NCBI GenBank assembly: GCA_001784175.1
Contig: MFPR01000040.1
Coordinates: forward strand, 44,955-108,954
DNA from: Candidatus Lindowbacteria bacterium RIFCSPLOWO2_12_FULL_62_27
Lineage (GTDB): Bacteria > Lindowbacteria > 2-12-FULL-62-27
Length of the DNA: 64,000 bases
Direction: 5' to 3'
The position numbers and the translations under genes are program-made. Position 1 is the stretch's first letter; each line of letters begins with the position of its first letter. This document shows positions 1 through 10,600 of the stretch, in pieces. The notes below the pieces were generated by a model. That model was not told the DNA's origin. It was given only the letters and a program-made list of their open reading frames with translations, and made no database searches.

Positions 1-252
1 AAGACCGTCGCCGTCACCGAACTGCCGACGCACTTCGGCCCGGTTTCATACAAAATTGAATCCCGTGAGCAGTCGATCGAAGTCCGCGTGGACGGCCAAC
101 TGACAGGGGCCGACACCATCGTGTTCGCGTCGCCGCCGGCCGGGAAAGACATCGCCGCCGTCCTCGTGGACGATCAACCCTACGCCGGCTGGCGCTCCGG
201 CGAGATCGTTCTACCGCAACTTCCGGCCAAGATCGTCTTTCAACTCAAGTAG
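1..252 (+). CDS. 3' end of an upstream gene (partial, last 83 codons); product unknown
   Basis: Frame 1 is open from the window edge to TAG at 250-252 (..TELPTHFGPVSYKIESREQSIEVRVDGQLTGADTIVFASPPAGKDIAAVLVDD..). It converges on the GH94 gene with a 13-nt tail-to-tail overlap. It is too short to assign a family. Confidence 0.4.
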   Translation, partial: KTVAVTELPTHFGPVSYKIESREQSIEVRVDGQLTGADTIVFASPPAGKDIAAVLVDDQPYAGWRSGEIVLPQLPAKIVFQLK

Positions 253-3200
253 ACGCGGACGGCGTGGGATCGCCGGTCGTTCGTCAGCGGCACCCGCCCG
301 TCGTTCACGGGCCGGCCGTCCAGAAGAATCTTTGCGGCTGCCCGACGGCCACGGATCGTATTGCTCACCTCGATCCGGTACACCGTATCGCGGTACCGGT
401 ACGTCATCGAGTACCCCGGCCAGTCGGCGGGAACGCAGGGATCGACGGTGAAGGACTTGCCTTGAAGCTTCAGCCCCAGCAGCCACTCGATACCGATGCG
501 GTACATCCAGCCGGCCGAGCCCGTGTACCACGTCCATCCGCCGCGGCCGGTGTACGGCTCGACGCCGTACACGTCGGCGGCCATGACGTAAGGCTCGACT
601 TTGTAGCGCTCGACGGCCGCCGGCGATCCGGCGTGCCGGACGGGATTGATGAGATTGAATAGGGATACGGCGCGGGCGCGGTCCTTGAGCATGGCGTATG
701 CGAGGATCACCCAGGTGGAGGCATGCGAATACTGGCCGCCGTTCTCGCGCACGCCCGCGACGTATCCTTTGATATAGCCGGGATCCAGTTTGGATCGATC
801 GAAGGGCGGAGTCAAAAGAAGGATGAGCCCGCTCTTGCGGCGAATCAGATGCCGGTCCAGCGCCTTCATCGCGCGCCGCGCGCGCGCGCGGTCGGCCGCG
901 CCGGAAATCACGGCCCAGGATTGCGCGAGGGAGTCGATCCGGCACTCGTCATTGCGCGCCGCGCCCAGCGGCGTGCCGTCGTCCATGTAGGCGCGCCGGT
1001 ACCAGCCGCCGTCCCAGGCGTGGCGTTCGATCGAGCCGGCGATATCCCCGGCGGTCCGGCGAAACTCTTGCGCGCGACGGCCGTCGCCAAGCGATTCGCA
1101 CACGCGCGAGAACCGGTTCAGCACGTCGATCAGAAACCAGCCCAGCCACACGCTCTCTCCCTTGCCCCGGTGGCCCACCCGGTTCATGCCGTCGTTCCAG
1201 TCGCAGGAACCGATGAGCGGCAGACCGTGCCGGCCGAGGCGGACGCCTTTCCGGATCGATTTCAGACAATGCTCGTAGAGCGTGCCCCGCCGGGCGGAGA
1301 TTCTCGGAATGAAACAGCATTCCTGCTCGTGCTTCGGTACCGGTTTGCCTTCAACATAGGGAATTTTTTCGTTCAGCACGGAGTGATCGCCCGTCGCGGC
1401 GATGTAGTCGGAGACGACGTACGGCAAAAACAACAGATCGTCGGAACACCGCGTGCGTGGCCCCATCCCAAACGGCGGATGCCACCAGTGCTGCACGTCC
1501 CCCTCGACGAATTGCCGCGCGGCGGACCGCAGGATGTGTTCGCGAACGAGATGGGGCGCTGAATAAACGAGCGCGCGGGCGTCCTGAAGCTGATCGCGAA
1601 ACCCGAACGCGCCGCCGGATTGATAGAACGCCGACCGCGACCAGATCCTGCACGACAGGGTCTGGTACAGGAGCCAGCGGTTGAGCATGAGGTCGAGCGC
1701 ACGGTCCGGCGTGCGGACCTGCACGGCGCCGAGGACGCGGTCCCAGTGTTCCCGGGCCGCCGCGAGCGCCCGGTCGGCCGCGCCGTGTTTCCTGTATTTC
1801 CGGGCGACGGCCCGCGCCTCCCGCGCATCGCGTCCTTGGCCGAGGAGAAACACGATTTCGCGGCTTTGATTCGGCGCGAGGTCGAACACGACTTGGAGGG
1901 CGGCGCAGGGATCCTGAGGAATCCCCCTCTCCTCCTGAGGATTTCCCCTCTCCCCCCTTGGGGGGAGAGGGTTGGGGTGAGGGGGCTGGAAGGCCGCCGG
2001 CGAGCGCAGGACGCCCTGCGGCCCCAGAAACTCGGCGCGGCTGCAGGTGCCGGCGCGGGGAAACGCGGCGGCGCAGTCGAGAAACGCGACGCGCCCGGGA
2101 AACGGGCCGGCCTTTCGATTCCGCGCCATCAATATGCCGGTCCGGCGGTCCTGCCAGGACTCGACGTGCGGATGGGTTTCGGGGCGCGTCACGCCCAGGA
2201 CCCACTCGGCGTAGAGCGTAGCGGACACTTTTCGATATCGACCCGAACGGTTTTTCAAAACAAGCCTGTATATTTTGACCGGATCATTCATCGGGCAATA
2301 CAGGGACAGCCGCTGGTCCATGCCGTGGCTCGAATGCTCGAACACGGAGTATCCCTGGCCGTGGCGGATCACGTACGGCGCGCCGTCCCGGATCGGCGAG
2401 CAGGTCGTTGTCCAAACCTCGCCGGTTTCCTCGTCGCGCAGATACAGAACTTCACCGGGTGGATCGCTGACCGGATCGTTCGACCACGGCGTCAGCTTGT
2501 TCTCCCGGCTGTTCTCCGACCACGTGTATCCGGCGCCGGACTCGGAAACCTGGAACCCGAACCGCGGATTGGACACCACGTTCACCCACGGCGCCGGCGT
2601 CGTGCGGCCTTTCTCCAGCACGATGATGTATTCGCGGCCGTCGGCGCTGAACCCGCCGAGACCGTTGTATTCGACCAGCGTTTTTTTGTCCCACCCTCTC
2701 CCCCGTGTGTTCCCCCCTCTCCCCCGTAAGGGGGAGAGGGTTGGGGTGAGGGGGCTTTGAACCGGTCCCGGACTGAAATTCTCGAACGGCGCGCGATTCT
2801 TAGGAATGCGGCCGAACACGCGCGCGACCGCATCCGGATTGTGATATCGAGAAATCATTTCTAGCGCGCGCCGTCGGTCGGGCGCGGCGCCGGTGATGAA
2901 GCTCACGCGCGCCTCCGCGCCGGCCGGGATCCGAAGGATCGTCCGGAGACTCAGAATCGGATCGAGCACAGCGCCGGTCGATCCGCTCATCCGAAAGCCT
3001 TTCTCCATCGCCGCCGGATGATCGACCGTCCGGCCGCGGCCGATGAAGCGCGCGCGGTCGGTTTCGTACTGGACCCGGCCGGGCGGTTTCCCGTTTGGCC
3101 CGACGAGCGTATGAAACATCCAGATGGTTTTTTCATTTGCCGACCGGGGCCGGCGAAACGCCAGAATCGCGCTTGCGCGTTTGTCAAATTGCGTCTGGAC

Positions 3201-3656
3201 AAACAGATTGCTGAACGCCGGATGGGACAGATCCGCCGAGGCCGGCGCCAGAACCGCCTCCAGGTAGCTGGTCAGCTCGATGTCGCGAGATTCATCGGAA
3301 AGATTGCTGATCGTGACCCGCCTGATTTCCGCGCGTTCATTCGGTGTAACGACGATTTCCGTCCGCAACTCCATGAACGGATACGAACTCACATACTCGG
3401 ATTTGTCCGAAGAGAACCTGTATCGAAAAATCCCGGAAGCGGCCCGGACCGGCAGAAACGCCGCCGACACGACGGCGTTCGTCATCCTATCCCGCGCGTA
3501 AATAAACGGCCCCCACCCGTCCGTCGTCGGGTCATCCCGCCAGCGCGTCAGGTCCAGAGTCTGGCCGTGGATCGAGCAGAAGCTTTTCCCGCCGCCACCG
3601 TTCGTCAGAAGAACGGAATAGAAGCCGTTAGAAAGAATGCAGCTTTCCTTCCGCAT
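240..3656 (-). CDS. GH94-family glycoside phosphorylase (cellobiose/cellodextrin/chitobiose/1,2-beta-oligoglucan phosphorylase family), long form with extra N-terminal domains
   Basis: 1138-aa ORF. It carries GH94-type motifs: GLGGFSADGREYIIVL at the start of the N-terminal domain, FGFRDQLQDARAL and GDVQHWWHPP in the catalytic (alpha/alpha)6 region. It carries two in-frame insertions of the GGGAGAGG hairpin element (..SPLRGRGGNTRGRG.. and ..PPRGERGNPQEERG..). Confidence 0.8.
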   Translation of the reverse strand: MRKESCILSNGFYSVLLTNGGGGKSFCSIHGQTLDLTRWRDDPTTDGWGPFIYARDRMTNAVVSAAFLPVRAASGIFRYRFSSDKSEYVSSYPFMELRTEIVVTPNERAEIRRVTISNLSDESRDIELTSYLEAVLAPASADLSHPAFSNLFVQTQFDKRASAILAFRRPRSANEKTIWMFHTLVGPNGKPPGRVQYETDRARFIGRGRTVDHPAAMEKGFRMSGSTGAVLDPILSLRTILRIPAGAEARVSFITGAAPDRRRALEMISRYHNPDAVARVFGRIPKNRAPFENFSPGPVQSPLTPTLSPLRGRGGNTRGRGWDKKTLVEYNGLGGFSADGREYIIVLEKGRTTPAPWVNVVSNPRFGFQVSESGAGYTWSENSRENKLTPWSNDPVSDPPGEVLYLRDEETGEVWTTTCSPIRDGAPYVIRHGQGYSVFEHSSHGMDQRLSLYCPMNDPVKIYRLVLKNRSGRYRKVSATLYAEWVLGVTRPETHPHVESWQDRRTGILMARNRKAGPFPGRVAFLDCAAAFPRAGTCSRAEFLGPQGVLRSPAAFQPPHPNPLPPRGERGNPQEERGIPQDPCAALQVVFDLAPNQSREIVFLLGQGRDAREARAVARKYRKHGAADRALAAAREHWDRVLGAVQVRTPDRALDLMLNRWLLYQTLSCRIWSRSAFYQSGGAFGFRDQLQDARALVYSAPHLVREHILRSAARQFVEGDVQHWWHPPFGMGPRTRCSDDLLFLPYVVSDYIAATGDHSVLNEKIPYVEGKPVPKHEQECCFIPRISARRGTLYEHCLKSIRKGVRLGRHGLPLIGSCDWNDGMNRVGHRGKGESVWLGWFLIDVLNRFSRVCESLGDGRRAQEFRRTAGDIAGSIERHAWDGGWYRRAYMDDGTPLGAARNDECRIDSLAQSWAVISGAADRARARRAMKALDRHLIRRKSGLILLLTPPFDRSKLDPGYIKGYVAGVRENGGQYSHASTWVILAYAMLKDRARAVSLFNLINPVRHAGSPAAVERYKVEPYVMAADVYGVEPYTGRGGWTWYTGSAGWMYRIGIEWLLGLKLQGKSFTVDPCVPADWPGYSMTYRYRDTVYRIEVSNTIRGRRAAAKILLDGRPVNDGRVPLTNDRRSHAVRVYLS
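1946..1987. repeat. GGGAGAGG-family palindromic element (12-bp stem CCCTCTCCCCCC/GGGGGGAGAGGG plus GTTGGGGTGAGGGGGCT tail), in frame inside the GH94 CDS
   Basis: A stem-loop is directly readable. The same composite element recurs at 2692-2756 and 14437-14543. A second mini-palindrome TCCTCCTGAGGA lies 5' to it. Confidence 0.85.
2692..2756. repeat. GGGAGAGG-family palindromic element (half copy plus a full hairpin CCCTCTCCCCC gtaa GGGGGAGAGGG plus GTTGGGGTGAGGGGGCT), in frame inside the GH94 CDS
   Basis: Same orientation and same tail as the copy at 1946-1987. Confidence 0.85.
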
Positions 3657-3746
3657 AGACTCTGGCCAATATCAGCATCAGCGGCAATTCGCAAGTGATT
3701 ACAAAAGTCTTGTTTTCCTTCCGCTGCGGACTTAGGATCGCCTGCG

Positions 3747-6506
3747 ATGAGACCGTACTGGGGAGGATTTGCCGCTGTGGTCTGGATCGCCGCTCTTTCG
3801 GCCGGCGGCTCGGCCGCCCGGTGGGATTTGCGGAAGGTCGGCGTGGAAATCCGCGCGTCGTCCGAGGAGAACAACGGCCAGCTCGCCGCCGCCAATGCCT
3901 TCGACGGGAACACCGGCAGCCGCTGGTCGTCCCATTTTTCCGATCCCCAGTGGATCCAGATCCGGTTCGAGAAACAGGTGCCCATCGACGAGGTGGAAGT
4001 CTGGTGGGAGGCGGCCTGCGCGTCCGATTATCGCATCGAGGTTTCGGACGACGGGAAAACCTGGACGAAGGTCCACGAAGTGTCGGGCGGCCGGGGCGGG
4101 AACGAACGCTTCGAATTCAAAGACGTGCGGGCGACGTACCTCAGACTGTACGGCGTGAAACGCGCGACCGAGTGGGGCTATTCGATCTTTGAGCTGATCG
4201 CGAGCGGCGATCTGCCCGATCCCGAGCCGGAATACGCGGGCCTCATCAAGGAACCTCCGCCGCCGCCGGTCGTCACGATTTACGACCAGCTCAAGGCCGA
4301 ACTCGATCCGATGTTTCGCGCGAAACTCGAGTCGGATCCGCCGACCGCTGAGAATCTGTCGGACGACGAGTTCCTTGACCTCATCCAGCGCCGCGCCTTT
4401 GACTATTACTGGTACGAAGTCGACCCCGAATCGCTCTTTCCGGTCGACAGCCTCACCTGGAAGACCGCGACCTCGACGGCGGCCGTCGGATTCGCGCTCG
4501 CCGCCTATGTCGTCGGCCACGAACGCGAATACCGGCCCCGGCAGGAAATCTACGCGCGTGTCGAGAAACTCGTCGATCACGTCTGGGACGACCCCGCCGA
4601 CCCCGGCGACCTCTGCATCGAGCACATGTCGGGTCACCCCTACCACTGGACGAACATCCGGACGGGCCGGTGGGAGGAAATCGAGGGCATCATCACGCAC
4701 GATTCGATGAAGCTGTTTTGCGGGATGATTCTGATCAAGCATTATTTCAAAGGCACGAAGGCCGGCGACATCGCCGAGAAATATCTCGACGCGATCGACT
4801 GGCCGTGGCTCGTGCACGGCGTGAAGAACCGGCAGTATCTGTCGAATTTCTTCACCCGCCACAGCGACCCGTCCGGACCCGGCGATGTCCTCATGTACGA
4901 TGGGATGAAGCTCGATTATCTGGTCCCGATGGGCGCAGCCAAAGGGGTGGCCGCGTATTTCTGGGACAACTGGGCCATGAGTTACCCGTGGGACGACTAC
5001 CGCGGGCATTTCTGGCGGATCCAGCGGCCCGCGATCTGGATCCACCAGTGGGACAACGTCTGGTTTGATTTTCGAAACCTGCGCGACGCGTACGCGGACT
5101 ATCACCAGAATTCCGTCGAAGCGACCCTGGCCAACCGCCAGTGGTGCATCGACAGCCGCACCTACAACGAGTCGCTCTGGGGCATCAACCCGTGCGCGGG
5201 TCCGGGACCGGCCGGCGGCGAGATCTACGGAAATTTCGGCGCGCCGCCGGACGAACTGCCGTTTCAGAACGGCAAGGGCAACGACGGTACCATCGCGCCC
5301 ACCGCCGCCCTCCCTTCCATTATTTTTACGCCGAAGGAATCCATCGCCGTCGCGCGATATCTGTACGACCGCTACCGCCGCAGCATATGGGGCCGCTACG
5401 GGTTCATGGACGCGATCAACCCCTCGAAAAACTGGGTGTCCAAAAACGTCATCGGCATCGATCAGGGGCCCATCCTCACAAACATCGAAAATTACAGGAC
5501 CGGGCTCATCTGGAAATACTTTGCGATGGAAGACATGGTCTGGCGGGGTCTCGACAAGGCCGGCTTCGTGGGCGTCATCGACAACTTCGACCCGTCCGAA
5601 CACTCTCCGCCGTACGCTGTCTGGGTCGCCGACAACCGGCGCGTCTCCATTCGAAAGCAGTCGGACGAAGTCAAAGAGGCCGAACACGCGCTGAAGGTGC
5701 AATACAAACTGGAGGAGGGCGCCTCGGCCAGTTTCGTGGCGCGGCCCGCCCGCCGGGATTTTTCGCGGTGGCGGTACCTCTCGTTCTGGCAGAAGGGCGG
5801 CCCGGACCTCGCCGTGACGCTGTCGTCCGAAACAGGCGCGGAAATCGCGCTGGATCGCGCGGCGGTGGTGGAGGCCGAAGGCGGATGGCGGAAAGTTTAT
5901 TTTTCGGTGCCGCCGGAGTTTGTCCGGGAGCCGGCGCTCGAAGTCTGGTTTTCGTTCACAGCGTCCGGCAAGGGCGAGTTTTATCTCGACGCCGTCTTCC
6001 TCACGAACGATCTCGACCGGACTCCGCAGCCGTTTTTACTCGATGATTTTGAGGCCGCCGCCCCGGCGGAGTGGGTCGTTTCGGACGGAATACGGGTTGC
6101 GAAGTCGGCGGAGAAAGCGCGAGGCGGCGCGGGCGCGCTCAAAGTCGAGGTGCGCAAGACCGGCGACGATGACAAATGGGCTCATCTGAAAATCAAGCCG
6201 CGCGTCCGCGACTGGCGCCGCTTTCATTCGGTCTCCCTCTGGGTCTACGGCCAGGCGGAGATCCTCCTGAAACTGGCCGACGCCTCCGGCCGGTCCAACG
6301 ACGCGTGGATCGCGCGTGCGCCGGCCGCCGGGCGGTGGAATCATGTCTTCTTCAACATCCAGAGAAACACCGATCCGAAGAAAGCCGTTTGGGATGGTGT
6401 CCTGTACGACAAAACCAACATCGCGGAACTCATGCTCTTCATCGAACCGGGCAAACCCCGGGCCAAAGCGGACCTCTACATCGACGATCTGGCGCTGACG
6501 GACTGA
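3747..6506 (+). CDS. secreted glycoside hydrolase: F5/8 type C (discoidin) domain, then a glycoamylase-like (alpha/alpha)6 catalytic domain (GH144-like/PF10091-like), then two C-terminal CBM-like beta-sandwich domains
   Basis: Signal peptide MRPYWGGFAAVVWIAALSAGGSAA. Discoidin motifs NAFDGNTGSRWSS..DPQWIQI..GYSIFELIA. Catalytic-domain motifs shared with four paralogs in this window (LSDDEFLDLIQRRAFDYYWYE; IENYRTGLIWKYFAME). Confidence 0.8.
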   Translation: MRPYWGGFAAVVWIAALSAGGSAARWDLRKVGVEIRASSEENNGQLAAANAFDGNTGSRWSSHFSDPQWIQIRFEKQVPIDEVEVWWEAACASDYRIEVSDDGKTWTKVHEVSGGRGGNERFEFKDVRATYLRLYGVKRATEWGYSIFELIASGDLPDPEPEYAGLIKEPPPPPVVTIYDQLKAELDPMFRAKLESDPPTAENLSDDEFLDLIQRRAFDYYWYEVDPESLFPVDSLTWKTATSTAAVGFALAAYVVGHEREYRPRQEIYARVEKLVDHVWDDPADPGDLCIEHMSGHPYHWTNIRTGRWEEIEGIITHDSMKLFCGMILIKHYFKGTKAGDIAEKYLDAIDWPWLVHGVKNRQYLSNFFTRHSDPSGPGDVLMYDGMKLDYLVPMGAAKGVAAYFWDNWAMSYPWDDYRGHFWRIQRPAIWIHQWDNVWFDFRNLRDAYADYHQNSVEATLANRQWCIDSRTYNESLWGINPCAGPGPAGGEIYGNFGAPPDELPFQNGKGNDGTIAPTAALPSIIFTPKESIAVARYLYDRYRRSIWGRYGFMDAINPSKNWVSKNVIGIDQGPILTNIENYRTGLIWKYFAMEDMVWRGLDKAGFVGVIDNFDPSEHSPPYAVWVADNRRVSIRKQSDEVKEAEHALKVQYKLEEGASASFVARPARRDFSRWRYLSFWQKGGPDLAVTLSSETGAEIALDRAAVVEAEGGWRKVYFSVPPEFVREPALEVWFSFTASGKGEFYLDAVFLTNDLDRTPQPFLLDDFEAAAPAEWVVSDGIRVAKSAEKARGGAGALKVEVRKTGDDDKWAHLKIKPRVRDWRRFHSVSLWVYGQAEILLKLADASGRSNDAWIARAPAAGRWNHVFFNIQRNTDPKKAVWDGVLYDKTNIAELMLFIEPGKPRAKADLYIDDLALTD

Positions 6507-6569
6507 CCCCCCTTCATCAACCTTCGCCTTCCGATTGACAAACTCGCGATCTGAAGTAAGTTGTCGTCT

Positions 6570-6591
6570 GGGACGAAAGCGCTTTCGTCCC
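6570..6591. promoter_or_regulatory. cre-like palindromic operator (GGGAC GAAAGCGCTTTC GTCCC), 36 nt upstream of ATG 6627 and downstream of a TTGACA -35-like box at 6535-6540
   Basis: Perfect 22-nt palindrome. The core GAAAGCGCTTTC matches the G(T/A)AAGC|GCTT(A/T)C half-site pattern seen at six other positions. Confidence 0.55.
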
Positions 6592-6626
6592 GGCGGTGCG
6601 ACGGGTGACAGGGGGGTTTCTCGGAC

Positions 6627-7637
6627 ATGCGCGGTCTTGCGGGACGGTTGGCGGGTTGTCTTCTTGCATCCATCGGGGTTCTCTCGTTCCCGCCCTCTCT
6701 GGCCCGCGCCGACACGCTGACCATCGCGCTCGTCAAGCTTGGCGACGTGTCCGGCTATCGCGGGGCCTGGCGGATCGACCGGCAGATCACGCGGCTTTTG
6801 TCCGAAGCGCTTCTCAGCCTGAACGGCGTGTCCCTCGCGCCGGCCTCGGACGTGTCGGAGGCGGCGCGGCAAACGATCGGCATGCCGGACGAGTCCCTTG
6901 ATCCGAAAAAACTTCTGATGATCGGCCGCGCGGTCGGCGCGGACCTGGCGGTGGGCGGGACGGTCGATAAACTGTCTCTCGAGGGCCAGGGCGTCGTCAG
7001 CTACCGGGCCGGCGGGTATGAGCGGTTCGTGGGCGAGGTGGACCTGACCCTGACGGTGATCGAGACGCGCGGCGGTTCAGCGCTTGTCAACAAGGAAAAG
7101 ATATCGATCTCCCTCGCCGACGACGATGTCGGCATCGCGATCCTGCAGGGACCCGGCAACCGGCCGACCGAGGAAACATTGTACAAAATCTGGAACGCGC
7201 CCGTCGAATCCGACCTCGTCCAGGGATCGATCATCGGCCGCGCAATGGCGCAGGCGGCGATGGAGGCGTCCTCCCGCGTCGCTCGCGCCATCTCCGGCGT
7301 GCCCGCCGGCCGGGAGGGCCGCGTGGTCCGCGTGCGCGGGCGGGACATCTATATCAGCCTGGGGTCGGAGGACGATGTGCGCGAGGGCGACGTCGTCATG
7401 ATCTGGGAGAACGTGGAGGCGGTCCGCGACCCGAAAACCTCCGTGATGCTGGGGTTCACCCGCGCGTCGGAGGGCGCCGAAGCCGAGGTCCGGGAAATCC
7501 GCGGCCGGAAACTCTCGATTTGCCGGACGGCGGAAGACCAGGAATTCCGCGAGGGCGACACGGTCCGCTTCCTCGGCGGGCGGCGCGCCGGCAAATGGGC
7601 GGGCGCGCGGCGCCGGCCTGTCCAGGAAACGGAATGA
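6627..7637 (+). CDS. hypothetical secreted/periplasmic protein (possible CsgG/LpoB-like fold; uncertain)
   Basis: ATG at 6627, with a G-rich Shine-Dalgarno-like stretch 9 nt upstream. Signal peptide ..LSFPPSLARA|DT. 336 aa, with no recognisable catalytic motif. Confidence 0.5.
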   Translation: MRGLAGRLAGCLLASIGVLSFPPSLARADTLTIALVKLGDVSGYRGAWRIDRQITRLLSEALLSLNGVSLAPASDVSEAARQTIGMPDESLDPKKLLMIGRAVGADLAVGGTVDKLSLEGQGVVSYRAGGYERFVGEVDLTLTVIETRGGSALVNKEKISISLADDDVGIAILQGPGNRPTEETLYKIWNAPVESDLVQGSIIGRAMAQAAMEASSRVARAISGVPAGREGRVVRVRGRDIYISLGSEDDVREGDVVMIWENVEAVRDPKTSVMLGFTRASEGAEAEVREIRGRKLSICRTAEDQEFREGDTVRFLGGRRAGKWAGARRRPVQETE

Positions 7638-10600
7638 TCCTCCTTGCCGCCGGAGCCGTGCTGCTGATGATGGAAACGGCGACTTCGGCAATCCAATTCG
7701 ACCGGCGCGCGCCCGAAGGGCTGGTCGGAAACGGCCGGTCGGTGGTGAAGGTCCGGCCGGGCGGTTATGAATTTTTTTCGGGCGGGAAAGCGTCGGGCCG
7801 CATCCGGGTTATGATCGGCGGGAAACGGCGTGAGATTGGCGCGGGGGATGTGCGGCGGTCGGAATTTTTCCCGGGCGGCGTCATCTATTCATTAAATATC
7901 GACGGCGTCGATCTCGACGTCCTGCACGGCGCGCTGAAGGAGGTCGCGTATGTCGCGGCGTTCCGCACGAGGGGTACGCCGCCGCCGGATGTTCAGATCG
8001 ATCTCGAGTCGACTGAAACGCCGGCGGTGTCTCCCTCCGGGCGATTGGACCTCTCGGGCAAGGGCGGGTTTCTTGCGGTTTCCACCGGGTCAGCGCCTCC
8101 GGCGCCCCAAGTGCCGGGGTCTCCGACGCCGGCCGATCCGTCCTATTCGACGAATTCCTGGGATGACCTGCGGGCTGCCGTTGAGGCGCCGTACCTGAAA
8201 GGATTTCAGGTCCGCACGCCGTCGCCGGCCGTCGACCGGGCAGCCCGGTTCTGCCAGTTTTTGCTGGACCTCGGATTTGACGGCCGGCTTCACGTCAGCG
8301 AACTTTTCCGCTGGCGCGACATCTGGTCGCGGGATCTCGGAACGGGTCTCGCGCCGGGCTCGCTGGTCGGCGGCCGGTTCGACGCCGCGCGCATCTCCAT
8401 CCAGTATGATCTCGCGCGATACAAAGCGGCCAACCCAAGAGGCCTGCGGATCACGGAGGACGCGTCCCAGGGCGGGTCGGCCGAAGGGACCGCGTGGCTG
8501 ACACGCGCCGTATGGCGCGATTACCTTTTGAGCGGCGACCGCGCGTTTCTCGCGGAAGCCGCCGGGACGTTGCGTCCGTGGGTGCGGGCGTGGATCGACC
8601 GGGACGCCGACGAAGACGGCCTCGTGATCGACGTCACCGAATGGATGGACCACTCGCGGTTCTTTCTCTTCCCGGACGGCGCCCTCGGGCTGTATTCGAA
8701 CGCGCTGTTCGCGGACCTCCTGGGAACGTTCTCGAAAATCGAAAAGGAACTAGGAGACGAAACCGCCGCCGCCGCCCGGCTCGATGCTTTGCGGCGGAAG
8801 ACCGCCCGCGCGATCAATGACGTTCTCTGGAACGAATCGGCCGGCGCGTACGATAATCTCTCGATCTTCGGGCGAAACGATCAGCGTCTCTCGTCGGCGG
8901 AAAACGCGCTCGCGGTGCTCGCGGGCGTCGCACCGCCCGACCGCGCCCGCCGCGCGCTCCAGACGGTGCGCGACCGGAACTGGCGCAAGGCCGGGTCCGT
9001 CACGATCGCGCCGGCGATGACGCATGTGGACGACAAGAACGACCAGAACGTCCGCGTCTGGCCGTGGTGGAACGCCGTCGAAGCCCGCGCGAGGTTCCGG
9101 ACGGGCGATACGGCGGGCGCCGTGCATCTGCTCGAAAAATGCGCGGCAACGCTGGAGGACGAACACTATCCCGGTCTCATCGAGGAACTGCTGACCCCGG
9201 AGGGCGTGACGGAAGGCGGCCACGCCTTTTTGAGCGCCGCCGGCACGTTCTTGGACGCGCTGTATGAAGGATTGCTCGGGATCGAGATTCTCGAAGCGGG
9301 TTGCGCGCGCATCCGCGTGTCGCCCCACACGCCCGACTGGAAAGCGTGGGAGGCCGCCGTGCCGCTGCCGGGCGGCGATCTCTCCGTGTCTTTCGCCGAC
9401 GGCGTTCTGCGCATCCGCGTGACCGACCCGCGGGTAAAAGTGGTGGAAGCGCCGGCGTCGGCAATTGTTGAGGGAGCGACGCGCGCTGATTTCTCTGTTT
9501 CTCCTGATCCGTCCGAATCTGTTTTCTCAGAATCCAAAATCCAAAATCCAAAATCCAAAATCTCCGACCCGAAGCCCCGCCGCGCCGCGCTCTTCTCCGA
9601 GCCCGGCATCCCGCGCTCGTCCGCCGCGGGCCTGCCCAAGCAGACCATCAACGCGGAGGCGCTCTTGACACTCGACCCCGCCCGGACGCCGGCCCTCGTG
9701 ATCGCCGGCAACGCTCTGCCGCGCCGGACGAAATCCGCCGGAGATGTGCAGAACGCGCTGGCGCGGTACCTGGACGGCGGCGGCGCGATCGTGTTTTTCG
9801 GCGCGACCATGCACGACCGCGGCACGATGGGTGAACACGGCGGCGTGATCGATTGGTACGAGCATCTCCCGCAACTGAAGTACGAGCCGCTGGCCGGCTG
9901 GCGGTTCTCGATCTCGCCGGATGGCCCGGCGGCGCCGCAGGACAAGGAGCACGGTCTGGCCAAAGGCTGGCACCGGCCGGACTTTGACGATCGCGAGTGG
10001 AAACCGATCCGCGTTCCCGGCTGGTGGGAGGACCATCTCGGCCGCGCGCAGGACGGATGGGGCTGGTATCGGACGGAGTTTCTTCTGCCCGAGTCCCGAA
10101 AAGGAAAAACGGTCATTCTGGATATTGGCCGGATCGATGATGACGACTGGATATTCGTAAACGGCGTTCCGGCCGGCTCGGACAAGGGCTGGCAGACGCG
10201 GCGGCTGTACCATCTGAAACCGGGCAGTCCGGCGCACGCGGCGCTGAACTTCGGCGGCCGAAACGTCGTGGCGGTCCAAGTCCTCGATTACGGTGGCGGA
10301 GGCGGCATGCATGCGGACCCGACAAAACTGGCGGTCGAAACGGACGAGTATTCGTGGCAGCCGATCAATCCCAAGACCGGCGTCGTCAGCGAGCAACCAG
10401 TGCGGCACGGCGTCGTGTCCTGGGGGCCGGGCGGAGACTTCTTCAATTCGTGGGAAACGTCCAGAGGCGCATTCGGATTCCGGATTGAAGGACGAAATGT
10501 CTCGTTCGATCCGGAAGGCCCTCTGAAGGGCCTCGCGCCGATCGCAATGACGGTCCATGAAGCCTTCACGGATTTCGCCGTCGCCCGGCCATGGCAATTC